A stretch of DNA of 64,000 bases from the NCBI RefSeq assembly GCF_036370855.1, contig NC_088128.1, positions 420,899 to 484,898 on the forward strand, given 5' to 3'. The notes under the pieces are model-generated. The model ran no database searches. It saw nothing but the letters and a program-made list of their open reading frames with translations, and had not been told where the DNA came from. Shown here piece after piece: positions 1 to 11,190 of this stretch. Source of the DNA: Dromaius novaehollandiae (taxonomy: Eukaryota). The stretch's first letter is position 1. Every line of letters starts with the position of its first letter. The translations under genes and the position numbers were made by a program.

Positions 1-171
1 CCCGTCACCCCCCAGTGCCACCCCTGGGTCTCCTGTCCCCCCCTAGTGCCACCCCTGGGTCCCCGTCACACCCTCCGGGTCCCTGTCCCCCTTGTCCTCC
101 CCCCTTTCCACCCCCGGGTGCCCCCCCGACCCCCGTGTCACCCGCGGGTGGCCCCGGCGTTGTCCCCGCAG

Positions 172-369
172 CTGGAGGACCTGGCGGAGGTGCCCGGCTT
201 CAGCGCCGCCACCGTGGCCGCCCTGCTCGAGGTGAGCGCCCGCCCCGCGGGGGGGGGGGGGGGACACGCGGGGAACACCCTGGTGACACCCAGGGACACC
301 CTGGTGACATGCGTCCCCTCCCCCCAGGCCAACCTGCCCGAAGCCCTGGAGTCTCCCGAGAGCCAATAA
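172..369 (+). CDS. 3'-terminal coding exons of an unidentified gene. Exon 172-231, intron 232-327 (gtgagc…ccccccag), last exon 328-369 ending in TAA. Peptide …LEDLAEVPGFSAATVAALLE/ANLPEALESPESQ* has a helix-hairpin-helix-like LxxVPGFxxATVAALL motif
   Basis: Pyrimidine-rich tract plus AG acceptor at 170-171. GAG|gtgagc donor at 231/232. Second acceptor ccccccag|GCC at 326-327. Open frame is continuous with ORF 46..369. Stop overlaps AATAAA. The 96-nt intron is a multiple of 3, so intron retention cannot be excluded. Confidence 0.4.
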   Translation: MEDLAEVPGFSAATVAALLEVSARPAGGGGGHAGNTLVTPRDTLVTCVPSPQANLPEALESPESQ

Positions 370-370
370 A
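365..370 (+). terminator. AATAAA polyadenylation signal overlapping the stop codon, followed by a GT/T-rich downstream element (tgtggtgttttttttgggggg, ~400-425)
   Basis: Hexamer caATAAAg sits immediately at the end of the terminal exon. A U-rich element lies 30-55 nt downstream. Confidence 0.4.
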
Positions 371-425
371 GAGTCGCCCCCGCCCGGACGCCTGGGCCCT
401 CTGTGGTGTTTTTTTTGGGGGGGAA

Positions 426-1500
426 CCATAGAGAGCGGGGTGAAGAGGCACCAGAGGGGCCACGTGCTGGGGACCATAGAGAGGGAGCCACGGGGGGACC
501 ATAGAGATGGGGGCAGTTGCAGGCGGCCCTGTGGTCATAGAGGGCTGGAGGGGGGATGCCAGAGTGTCCCTCTGCCAGGAGGCCATAGAGATGTGCTGGA
601 GCCTGGTCTAGAGGAGCCATGTGACCATAGAGACAGAGCAGAGGGTGTCCCAGAGGGTCGCTCCTCCAGGTGACCATAGAAATGCGCTGGAGCCTGGTCT
701 AGAGGAGCCACCTCACCATAGAGATGAGACACAGAGGGTGACCCAGATGGTCGCTCCTCCAGTGACCATAGAGTTGCTCTGGAGGCTGGTGCAGAGGAGC
801 CATCTGGCCATAGAGATGGAGGTGAGTGTGCTCCAGACAGTCATGCCTCTAGGCGACCATAGAGACGCGCTGGAGGCCGGTCCAGAGGAGCCATCTGACC
901 ATAGAGATGGAGTAGACTGTGTCCCAGATGGTCACTCCTCCAGGTGATCATAGAGACACAGAGGAGGCTGGTCTAGAGGAGCCATCTGACCATAGAGATG
1001 CGGTGGAATGTGTCCCAGATGGTCACTCCTCCAGGCGACCATAGAGTCGCTCCGGAGGCCGGCCCAGAGGAGCCATCTGACCATAGAGACAGAGCACAGG
1101 ATGTCCCAGACGGTCGCTCCTCCAGGCGACCATAGACACGTTCTGGAGGCCAGTCCAGAGGAGCCATCTGACCATAGAGACAGGGGGCAGAGGATGTCCC
1201 AGACGGTCGCTCCTCCAGGTGACCATAGAGACATGCTGGAGGCTGGCCCAGAGGAACCATCTGACCATAGAGATGAGGTGGAGGGTGTCCCAGACGGTCG
1301 CTCCTCCAGGAAACCATAGAGACGTTCCGGAGGCCAGTCCAGAGGAGCCATCTGACCATAGAGACAGGGGCCGAGTGTGTCCCAGACTCACTCTTCCAGG
1401 CGGCCATAGAGACACGCTGGAGGTTGGTCTAGACGAGCCATCTGACCATAGAGATGGGGCAAAGGGTGTCCCAGGCGGCCGCTCCTCCAGGCGACCACGG
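426..1500. repeat. Minisatellite of ~12 copies of a ~90-92 bp unit built from two ~45-bp half-units (…gaccatagagaNNNctggaggcYggtccagaggagccatctgaccatagagaYRg…gtcccagaYggtcRctcctccaggYgac)
   Basis: 'ccatctgaccatagaga' recurs at ~893, 981, 1071, 1161, 1255, 1347 and 1437 (period ~90). 'ccatagaga' recurs every ~45 bp from 426. Confidence 0.85.
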
Positions 1501-4500
1501 AGCTGCGGCGGCAGCACCCAGCCCGCCCCTCCCGCCGCGGCCACTCTGGCCCGCGCTCTCGGTGGCCGGGAGGGGGCGGGGCCTCGGGTGGGCGTTATGC
1601 AAATGAGGGGGCGGGACCCTTGGGGAATCAAGTTGCTCCCGGACACCTGGGCACTCGGACGCCTGGGCCCCTCAGAGAACTGAGTCACTCCCGGACGCCT
1701 GGGCCCCCCGGACACCTGGGCCCCTCCAGAGAGGGAGCGAGGGGCTGGGACAGAGCCCGGACGCCTGGGCCCCTGGGCTGGGGGTCAGGACGCACCCAGG
1801 AGCTGAGCCCTCCCCGGTGCGTGCGGGGCCCAGGCGTCCGGGCACCCCCCTCCCCCCAGTGCAGTCCCCGCTTCTCTCTGCGCAGAGGGCCCAGGCGTCC
1901 GGGAACAGCCCAATTCCCTGAGGGGCCCAGGCGTCCGAGTGCCCAGGGCATCCGGGAGTGACCCTGTCCTTCGAGGGGCCCAGGCGTCCGAGGGGCCCAG
2001 GCATCCGGGGCCGTGGGGGGACCCAGGGGTCGGAGGGGCCCAGGTGTCCGGAGAGGCGGCTGCACAGGGGCACCCGGACGCCTGGGCCCTCTGCGAGCGG
2101 GAATGGGAGGCAGCATCCCCGGACGCCTGGGCCCCCCCGGCTGCCTGGGCCCTTTGGGAACGTCCGAATTCGGATGCCCCGGACGCCTGGGCCCCTCATT
2201 GAATTGGGAGCCCGGACGCCTGGGCCCCTGGGAGAATCAAGTCACTCCCGGACGCCTGGGCCCCTTGGACGCCCCCAGACCCTGGGTCACTCCCCTCCTC
2301 TTGTTCACAGAGGGCCCAGGCGTCCCGGTGCCCCCGTGCAGCCGCCTCTCTGGACGCCTGGGCCCCTCGGATGCCTGGGCCCCTCGCACACGGGCTGAAG
2401 GGGGTCGGCTTGGGGTGGCAGCCGGACGTCTGGGCCCCTCATGTATGGTGGGGGGGGCGGGGGCCTGGGCTCCCCCAGACACCTGGGTCCCTTCGACGGC
2501 CCCAGTCCCCCCCCCCCAAGTCCGAGGGGCCCAGGCGTCCGAGGGGCCCAGGCGTCCGGGACGCCCAGACGTCCAGGCGCCCCCTGAGCCATGGACAGGG
2601 CGGCCCGGACGCCTGGGCCCCTCGAGCACTTCTGCTGCCTGAGACGCCCCCGGACGCCTGGGCCCCTTCCGGACGCCTGGGCCCCTCAGTGAATTGCTTC
2701 GCCCCGGACGCCTGGGCCCCTTGGAGATTTAGGTCTCTCCGGATGCCTGGGCCCCTCGAGCTCCTGGGCCCCGCCGGACGCCTGGGCCCTCCAGAGAGGG
2801 AGCAAAGGGCTGGGCATGGAGCCCGGACGCCTGGGCCCTCTGCCCGCGGGGGGAGGGGTGGCCACTGTTGGAGGGCGCCCGGACGCCTGGGCCCCCCGTA
2901 CATGGGGGCGGGGGGGGGGGGCTGGGGCCATGGGGAGGGGTCTGGCGTCAAGGAAAGGGCCCAGGCGTCCGGGGAAGGGCCCAGGCGTCCGGGAGTGACT
3001 TGATTCTCCCAGGGGCCCAGGTGTCCGAGGGGCCCCATTCTCTCAGGGGCCCAGGCGTCCGGGGTGACCCCCGTCTATGAGGGGCCCAGGCGTCCGGGGC
3101 AAAGCTAGTTCTCCGAGGGGCCCAGGCGTCCGGGTGCCCCCACGCGGCCGCCTCTCCGGACTCCTGGGTCCCCCGGACGCCTGGGCCCCTCACGAAGGAG
3201 CGGGGGGGGTCAGGTGGGGAGCGACTCCAGGACGCCTGGGCCCCTTGGCCGTGGGGAGGGGAGCAGCTAGTGGGGGGTGCCCGGATGCCTGGGCCCCTCG
3301 GACGCCTGGGCCCACTCTAAACGAGGGGAGGGGAGTGACCTGGGGGTGTCTGAGGGGCCCAGGCGTCCGGGCTCTGTCCTCAGCGGCCCTTCCCATAACC
3401 CATGACCCAGGGGCCCAGGCGTCCGGGAGCTACCGGATCCTCTGAGGGGCCCAGGCATCCCGGGCCCAGCCAAGTCTCTGAGGGGCCCAGGTGTCCGGGG
3501 AGACACAAGTCACCATGGGGCCCAGGCGTCCGGGGCACCCGAAGGGCCCAGGCGTCCGGGCTCCATCCCCAGGCCCTCGCTCCCTCTCTGGAGGGCCCAG
3601 GCGTCCGGGGGGCCCAGGCAGCCGAGGGGCCCAGGTGTCCGGGCATGCAGCAGCATTCAGGGGCCCAGGTGTCCGGCTCACCCCCCCCACAACTGCCCCC
3701 AAGGCCCCCCCGGACGCCTGGGCCCCTCCAGAGAGGGAGCGAGGGGCTGGGACAGAGCCCGGACGCCTGGGCCCCTGGGCTGGGGGTCAGGACGCACCCA
3801 GGAGCTGAGCCCTCCCCGGTGCGTGCGGGGCCCAGGCGTCCGGGCACCCCCCTCCCCCCAGTGCAGTCCCCGCTTCTCTCTGCGCAAAGGGCCCAGGCGT
3901 CCGGGAACAGCCCAGTTCCCTGAGGGGCCCAGGCGTCCGAGTGCCCAGGGCATCCGGCAGTGACCCCGTCCTTCGAGGGGCCCAGGAGTCCGAGGGGCCC
4001 AGGCGTCCGGGACGCCCCCTGAGCCATGGACAGGGCGGCCCGGACGCCTGGGCCCCTCGAGCGCCTCTGCTGCCTGAGACGCCCCCGGACGCCTGGGCCC
4101 CTCCCGGATGCCTGGGCCCCTCAGAGAACTGATTCAGTCACTCCTGGACATCTGGGTCCCCGGGACGCCTGGGCCCCTGGGACATGAGGTGAGGTGGGGT
4201 TCGGTTTGGGGGGGCGCCCGGACACCTGGGCCCTTTCCCGGACGCCTGGGCCCCTTGGCAGAACTGGAGCAGCCCTAGACACCTGGGCCCCTCGGACGCC
4301 TGGGCCCCTGGGAGAATCCAGTCACTCCCGGACGCCTGGGCCCCTCACGCACGGCGGGGGGGGGGCAGCGCTTTGGCTGTGTTGTCTGAGGGGCCCAGGC
4401 ATCCGGGGACACTCGAGGGACCGGAGGGCGCAGAGGGGCCCAGGCGTCCGGGCCCCCCCAATAGCTCCTCCACTCCCCCCCCCCACACACAGGGGGCCCA

Positions 4501-7500
4501 GGTGTCCGGGCGCCCACCCCCCATTGCCCCCTGCATGGAGGGGCCCAGGCGTCCGGGGGACCCAAACCTCCGAGGGGCCCAGGCGTCCGGGCCCTTCCCT
4601 CCCCCCCCCCAACCAAGCTGACCCGAACGACCCCCGGACGCCTGGGCCCCTCACAGAGAAGTTGGGGGGGGGGCAGTGCTCGGGCTGTGCTGTCCGAGGG
4701 GCCCAGGCGTCCGGGGACACTCGAGGGACCGGAGGGCGCAGAGGGGCCCAGGCGTCCGGGCTCCCTCCCAGCCCCTGGTTCCCTCTCTGGAGGGCCCAGG
4801 CGTCCGGGCACTCCCTGCCCCAGGAACGCCTGGGCCCCTCTGTGCCGGGGGGGGGGGAGTGGAGGAGCCATTGGGGGGTGCTCGGACGCCTGGGCCCCTC
4901 GGAGAGGTGGGACCCCGGGTGCCTGGATCCACTCGGACGCCTGGGCCCCTGGGAGAATCAGGTCGCCCCGGACGCCTGGGCCCCTCGGACACTTGGCTCG
5001 GCCCAGGACGCTTGGGCCCCTTGTTAAATTGGGCCATGCCCGGACGCCTGGGCCCCTCAGACACCCCCAGGTCACTCCCCTCCCCTCGTTTAGAGTGGGC
5101 CCAGGCGTCCGAGGGGCCCAGGCATCCGGGCACCCCCCACTAGCTGCTCCCCTCCCCCATGGCCAAGGGGCCCAGGCGTTCGGGGGACCCAGGAGTCCCC
5201 AAGTTGCTCCCCAGCTAAACCCACATTGGCACGTGTATGGGGGGCCCAGGCGTCCGGGGCCGTGGGGGGGACCCAGACGTGCGAGGGGCCCAGGCGTCCG
5301 GAGCGGGGGGTCCGTGCGGGGGCACCCGGACGCCTGGGCCCCTCGGAGAACTGCCTGTTCCCGGACGCCTGGGCCCCTGGGAGAATCAAGTCACTCCCGG
5401 ACGCCTGGGCCCTTCCCCGGACGCCTGGGCCCTTTGGGAGCCTCCGAATTCAGTTGCCCCGGACGCCTGGGCCCCTCATTGACTTGGGCCCCCGGACGCC
5501 TGGGCCCCTCGTTAGATGGGGCCGTCCCCGGACGCCTGGGCCCCTCGGAGAATCGAGTCACTCTCGGACGCCTGGGCCCTGTGGAGCATTGGGTACCCGG
5601 ACGCCTGGGCCCCTCGGACGCCTGGGCCCCCTCGATGCCCCCGGACGCCTGGGCCCCTGGTCCATGGGGGGAGGGGTTTGGGGCCATCAGGGGAGCCCAG
5701 GCATCCAGGGAAAGGGCCCAGGCATCCGGGAGTGACCTGATCCTCCCAGGGGCCCAGGCGTCCGAGGGGCCCAGGCGTCCGGGAGTGACTTATACTCCGA
5801 GGGGCCCAGGCGTCCGGGAGCAGGCAGTTCTCGGAGGGGCCCAGGCGTCCGGGGGGCCCAGGCGTCCCGGTGTTGCTCCCTAGCTGCCCCCCCCCCACAC
5901 CTGTCCAAGGGGCCCAGGCGTCCGGGGGGAGGGATGGGGGGACGCCTGGGCCCCTGGGACGCCTGGGCCCCTCCGTACAGGGGGCGATGGGGGGGGTGGG
6001 GGGTGCTCGGACGCCTGGGCCCCTCAAAGGACGGGGTCACTGCCGGATGCCCTGGGCACTCGGACGCCTGGGCCCCTCAGGGAATTGTGTTGCTCCAGGA
6101 CGCCTGGGCCCCCCCGGACACCTGGGCCCCACCGATGGCACCAGCCCCCCCCCCGCCATGGACAAGGGGCCCAGGCGTCCGGGGGCTGCAGGCATTCAGG
6201 GGGCCCAGGCGTCCGGCTGCCCCCCCAAGCTGACCCCCTTCAGCCCGTGTGCGAGGGGCCCAGGCGTCCGAGGGGCCCAGGCGTCCGGGGAATCCCAAAG
6301 GGCCCAGGCGTCCGGGGGGGCCCAGGTGTCCTGGAGCAAGAGAATTCACTGAGGGGGCCCAGGCGTCCGGGGGATCCAGGCAATTGGGGATGAACCGATT
6401 CTCCCAGGGGCCCAGGCGTCCTGGTGGGCCCAGCCCCTGTGCGGGGGGCCCGGACGCCTGGGCCCCTCCGGAGCCCCTGGACTGTTGCCACCATGATCGA
6501 AGGGCCCAGGCGTCCGGGGGTGACCTGATCCTCCCAGGGGCCCAGGCGTCCGAGGGTGACGTGATTCTCCCAGGGGCCCAGGTGTCCGGGGAGACCCACG
6601 TGTCGGAGGGGCCCAGGCGTCCGGGAGCAATTCAGTTCTCCCAGGGGCCCAGGCGTCCGAGGGGCCCAGGCGTCCGGACTCCCAATGCTCTACGGGGCCC
6701 AGGCGTCCGGGAGTAGCCAAATCACTGAGGGGCCCAGGCGTCCAAGGGGCCCAGGCGTCCGGGGACGGCCCAGTTCCCCCAGCAGATCCCCCTCGATCCC
6801 CCAGGACGCCTGGGCCCCCTGAACGCCCGGGTCTCCCAGATGCCTGGGCCCCCCAGACACCTGGGCCCCTCGGTGACTTGTGTTGCTCCCGGACGCCTGG
6901 GCCCCTCCCGGACGCCTGGGCCCCTCGGAGGATTAAGTTGCACTCGGACGCCTGGGCCCCTCGGACGCCTGGGCCCCTCGAATCCCGGGGTCCCTGGGAG
7001 AATCAAGTAACTCCCGGACGCCTGGGCCCCTCGGACGCCTGGGCCCCTCGAATCCCGGGGTCCCTGGGAGAATCAACTCCCGGACGCCTGGGCCCCTCGG
7101 AGAATGAGGTCACCCTCGGACGCCTGGCCCCCCCACACCCCCGGACGCCTGGGCCCCTGATGGCCCCTCATGGCAGAGACCACAACCCGAGAGCTGCCCC
7201 CCCCCCCCAACCAGTGCGTGAGGGGCCCAGGCGTCCGAGGGGCCCAGGCGTCCGGGGACGTTCAAGGTACTGGAGGGCGCAGAGGGGCCCAGGCGTCCGG
7301 GGGGCCCCGGCGTCCTGGGGGATCGAGGGGGATCTGCTGGGGGAACTGGGCCGTCCCCGGACGCCTGGGCCCCCGGGAGAATCAGGTGACCCCCGGACGC
7401 CTGGGCCCTTCGAACATGGTGGCAGAACTCCGGGGGCTCCGGAGGGGCCCAGGCGTCCGGGCCCCCCCACAGGGGCTGGGCAGTGCCCGGACACCTTGGC

Positions 7501-9420
7501 CCCCCGGACGCCTGGGCCCCTCAGGGGATCAGGTCGCTCCCGGACGCCTGGGCCCCCTTGGTGAATTAGGTCTCCCAGGACGCCTGGGCCCCTCGGACGC
7601 CTGGGCCCATCAGACACCCAGGCTCCCCCACCCCGCCATGGACGAGGGGCCCAGGCGTCCGGGCGCCCCCCAACAGCGGACACCCCTCCCCCCATGCGCA
7701 GAGGGCCCAGGCGTCCGGGGCACCCGAAGGGCCCAGGCGTCCGAGCTCCCTCTCTGGAGGGCCCAGGCGTCCGGGAGGGGCCCAGGAGCTCGAGGGGCCC
7801 AGGCGTCCGGGGGATCCAGGCAATTAGGGATGAACCGATTCTCCCAGGGGCCCAGGCGTCCTGGTGGGCCCAGCCCCCGTGTGGGGGGCCCGGACGCCTG
7901 GGCCCCTCCGGAGCCCCTGGACTGTTGCCACCATGATCGAAGGGCCCAGGCGTCCGGGGGTGACCTGATCCTCCCAGGGGCCCAGGCGTCCGAGGGTGAC
8001 GTGATTCTCCCAGGGGCCCAGGTGTCCGGGGAGACCCACGTGTCGGAGGGGCCCAGGCGTCCGGGAGCAATTCAGTTCTCCCAGGGGCCCAGGCGTCCGA
8101 GGGGCCCAGGCGTCCGGGGACGGCCCAGTTCCCCCAGCAGATCCCCCTCGATCCCCCAGGACGCCTGGGCCCCCTGAACGCCCGGGTCTCCCGGATGCCT
8201 GGGCCCCCCGGACACCTGGGCCCCTCGGTGACTTGTGTCGCTCCCGGACGCCTGGGCCCCTCGGAGGATTAAGTTGCACTCGGACGCCTGGGCCCCTCGG
8301 ACGCCTGGGCCCCTCGAATCCCGGGGTCCCTGGGAGAATCAACTCCCGGACGCCTGGGCCCCTCGGAGAATGAGGTCACCCTCGGACGCCTGGGCCCCCC
8401 ACACCCCCGGACGCCTGGGCCCCTGATGGCCCCTCATGGCAAGAGACCACAACCCGAGAGCTGCCCCCCCCCCCCCCAGTGCGTGAGGGGCCCAGGCGTC
8501 CGAGGGGCCCAGGCGTCCGGGGACGTTCAAGGTACTGGAGGGCGCAGAGGGGCCCAGGCGTCCGGGGGGCCCCGGCGTCCGGGAGACCCGGGCGTTCGGG
8601 GGCCCAGGCGTCCTGGGCGATCGAGGGGGATCTGCTGGGGGAACTGGGCCGTCCCCGGATGCCTGGGCCCCCGGGAGAATCAGGTCACCCCGGACGCCTG
8701 GGCCCTTCGAACATGGTGGCAGAACTCCGGGGGCTCCGGAGGGGCCCAGGCGTCCGGGCCCCCCCACAGGGGCTGGGCAGTGCCCGGACACCTTGGCCCC
8801 CCGGACGCCTGGGCCCCTCAGGGGATCAGGTCGCTCCCGGACGCCTGGGCCCCTGGGAGTATTGGGTACTTGGACGCCTGGGCCCCTCGGACGCCTGGGC
8901 CCATCAGACACCCAGGCTCCCCCACTCCGCCATGGACGAGGGGCCCAGGCGTCCGGGCGCCCCCCAACAGCGGACACCCCTCCCCCCATGCGCAGAGGGC
9001 CCAGGCGTCCGGGGCACCCGAAGGGCCCAGGCGTCCGAGCTCCCTCTCTGGAGGGCCCAGGCGTCCGGGGGGCCCAGGAGCTCGAGGGGCCCAGGCGTCC
9101 GGGAGGGGCCCAGGCGTCCGGGGGCGTCTCAGGCAGCAGAGGCGCTCGAGGGGCCCAGGCGTCCGGGCCGCCCTGTCCATGGCTCAGGGGGCGTCCCGGA
9201 CGCCTGGGCCCCTCGGACGCCTGGGCCCCTCCCCCAACTGCCTCGTGCCCGGACGCCGGGGCCCCTCAGAGGACTCAGTTGCTCTCGGACGCCTGGGCCC
9301 CCCGGACGCCTGGGCCCCTCAGGAAACTCGGTCGCCCCCAGGACGCCTGGGCCCTTCCAACATGGCGGCGACAGGCCAGGGGCTCCTGAGGGGCCCAGGC
9401 GTCCGGCCCCCCCCCCCCGG
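1500..9420. repeat. GC-rich complex satellite (~7.9 kb, ~200 copies) built on the core GGGGCCCAGGCGTCCG(G) and its reverse complement CCGGACGCCTGGGCCCC. Spacers are variable (20-40 bp) and the two orientations occur in alternating blocks
   Basis: Direct reading: blocks of 'cggacgcctgggcccct' (e.g. 1620-1780, 2080-2290, 4190-4330, 5320-5660, 6880-7160) alternate with blocks of 'ggggcccaggcgtccg' (e.g. 1830-2060, 2930-3130, 3350-3660, 5690-5880, 6250-6780). Proline/glycine-rich ORFs here are compositional artefacts. Confidence 0.9.
6365..9110. repeat. Higher-order repeat (HOR) inside the GC satellite. A ~1.3-1.45 kb block is present at least twice (6365-7800 and 7805-9110, with indels). Further HOR copies are 1735-1960 = 3733-3960 and 2560-2700 = 4000-4140
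   Basis: Near-identical stretches at fixed offsets: 6365-6720 vs 7805-8110 (offset 1440), 6878-7160 vs 8225-8440, 7207-7330 vs 8478-8600, 1735 vs 3733 (offset 1998). Confidence 0.6.
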
Positions 9421-9735
9421 ACGCCGGGGCCCCTCGCGGACGCCTCCAGCCCCGGCCGCGCCGCCGCGCGTCTGCGCCCCGGCGGCCCCTCAGCGCGCCC
9501 CACCCCTCTCGGCGGCTCCGGCCAATCATCGCGTGCGCCGCGCGCCGACAGCCAATGGGCGCGCGGCGGGGGCGGTGCCGGCGAGGAGGGCGCGGCCAAT
9601 GGGAGCGGAGCGCGGGAAGGCGGCAGCCGCCCCCTCCCCTCCCCCCCCCGCCCGGCTGTGGCGGCGTCGCCGCCGCGTGAGGAGCCGCCGCCGCCATTTT
9701 CTTCCCCCGCGCGAGGAAGCGGCGGGCGGAAGCGG
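9420..9735. promoter_or_regulatory. CpG-island promoter-like element: three CCAAT boxes (9522-9526, 9552-9556, 9596-9600), a GC box GGGGCGG (~9566-9576), a YY1-like GCCGCCATTTT (9688-9700) and two ETS-like CGGAAG/AGGAAG sites (9711-9734). It is TATA-less
   Basis: Motifs read directly from the sequence. CCAAT spacing of 30 and 44 bp is typical of NF-Y multi-box promoters. The element lies exactly between the GC-rich satellite and the G/T-rich array. Confidence 0.4.
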
Positions 9736-11190
9736 AACCGGGTGTTTGGGGCTTTTTCGGGGGGTTTTTGGGGGGCTTTTTCGGGGGGGGCGGTTGGGGG
9801 CTTTTCCTGGGGGGTTTTGGAGGTTTTGGGGGGCTTTTTCGGGGGGGTTGGGTCTTTTTCTGGGGGGGTTTTGGGGGCTTTTTCTGGGGGGTTTGGGGAC
9901 TTTAGGGGGCTTTGGGGGGGCTTTTTCGGGGGGGTTTGGTGGTCTTTTTCTGGGGGGGGTTGGGGGGTCTTTTTCTGGGGGGTTTTTGGGGGCTTTGGGG
10001 TTTTTTTTTCCGGGGGGGCTTTGGGGGTCTTTTTCTGGGGGGGGTTGGGGGCTTTTTGTGGGGGGGGTTGGGTCTTTTTCTGGGGGGGTTTGGGGGGGCT
10101 TTTTCTGGGGGTTGTGGGGGCTTTGGAGGGGCTTTTTCCGGGGGGGGGTTTTGGGGGGTCTTTTTCTGGGGGGGTTTGGGGGCTTTTTCTGGCGGTTTTG
10201 GGGGCTTTGGGGGGGCTTTTTCCGGGGGGTTTTGGGGGTCTTTTTGTGGGGGGGGGGTTGGGGGCTTTTTGTGGGGGGGTTTGGGGGGGCTTTTTCTGGG
10301 GCTTTTGGGGGCTTTTGGGGGGCTTTTTCTGGGGGGGGTTGGGGGGCTTTTTCTGGGGGGGGTTGGGGGGTCTTTTTCTGGGGGGGTTTGGGGGGCTTTT
10401 TCTGGGGGTTTGGGGGCTTTTTCTGGGGGGTTTTGAGGGGCTTTTTTTGCGTTTTGGGGCTTTTTCGCGGGGGTTTTGGGGGCTTTTTGGTGTTTTCAGG
10501 GGTCTTTTTCTGGGGGGGTTTTGGGGTCTTTTTCTGGGGGGGTGGGGGCTTTTTCTGGGGGATTTTGGGGGCTTTTTGGGGGGGTTTGGGGCTTTTTTGG
10601 GGGGTTTGGGGGGCTTTTTCGTGGGGGTTTTGAGGGCTTTTTGGGGTTTTTGGGGGGTCTTTTTCTGGGGGGGATTTTGGGGTCTTTCTGGGGGGGTTGG
10701 GGCTTTTAGGGGGTTTTGTGGGGCTTTTTCTGGGGGACTGGGGGCTTTTTTGGGGGGTTGGGGGCTTTTTTGCGGGGGTTTTGGGGGCTTTTGGGGGTTT
10801 TCGGGGGGGCTTTTTGAGGGTTTTGGAGGCTTTTTCGGGGCGGGGGGTTGGGGGGTCTTTTCCTGGGGGGGTTTTGGGGGGCTTTTTCTGTTTTTTTGGG
10901 GGGGGGCTTTTTCTGGGGGCGGTTGGGGGGCTTTTTTCCCCAGGGGGTTTTGGGGGCTTTTTCTGGGGATTTTGGGGCTTTCTCTGTTTTTTTGGGTTTT
11001 TTTTTCTGGGGGGTTTTGGGGGGCTTTTTCTGGGGGGGGGTTGGGGTCTTTTTCTGGGGGTTTTGGGGGTTTTGCAACTTTTTTTGTGAGTTTTACAATT
11101 TGGGTCTTTTTCTAGGTGTTTGTTGAGGCTTTTCTCTAGTTTTTTGGGGGGAGTTTCTAGGGTTTTGGTGACTTCTTACTACTTTTCTTT
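9735..11190. repeat. Degenerate G/T-rich tandem repeat (~27-30 bp unit, GGGGGCTTTTTCTGGGGGGGTTTTGGGGG-like). It is dense in G4-forming G-runs on the + strand
   Basis: Runs of 4 or more G separated by T-rich loops throughout. The ORFs 8426..10633 and 8479..11115 are stop-free artefacts. Confidence 0.85.

Noticed and set aside
8426-11115. ORFs of 735 and 878 aa (G/F/W-rich) over the degenerate G/T repeat, and dozens of 60-400 aa proline/glycine/arginine-rich ORFs on both strands across 1-9400
   Set aside because: They are compositional artefacts of GC-rich or G/T-rich satellites. The same peptide words recur with the DNA repeat period, and ORFs overlap on both strands.
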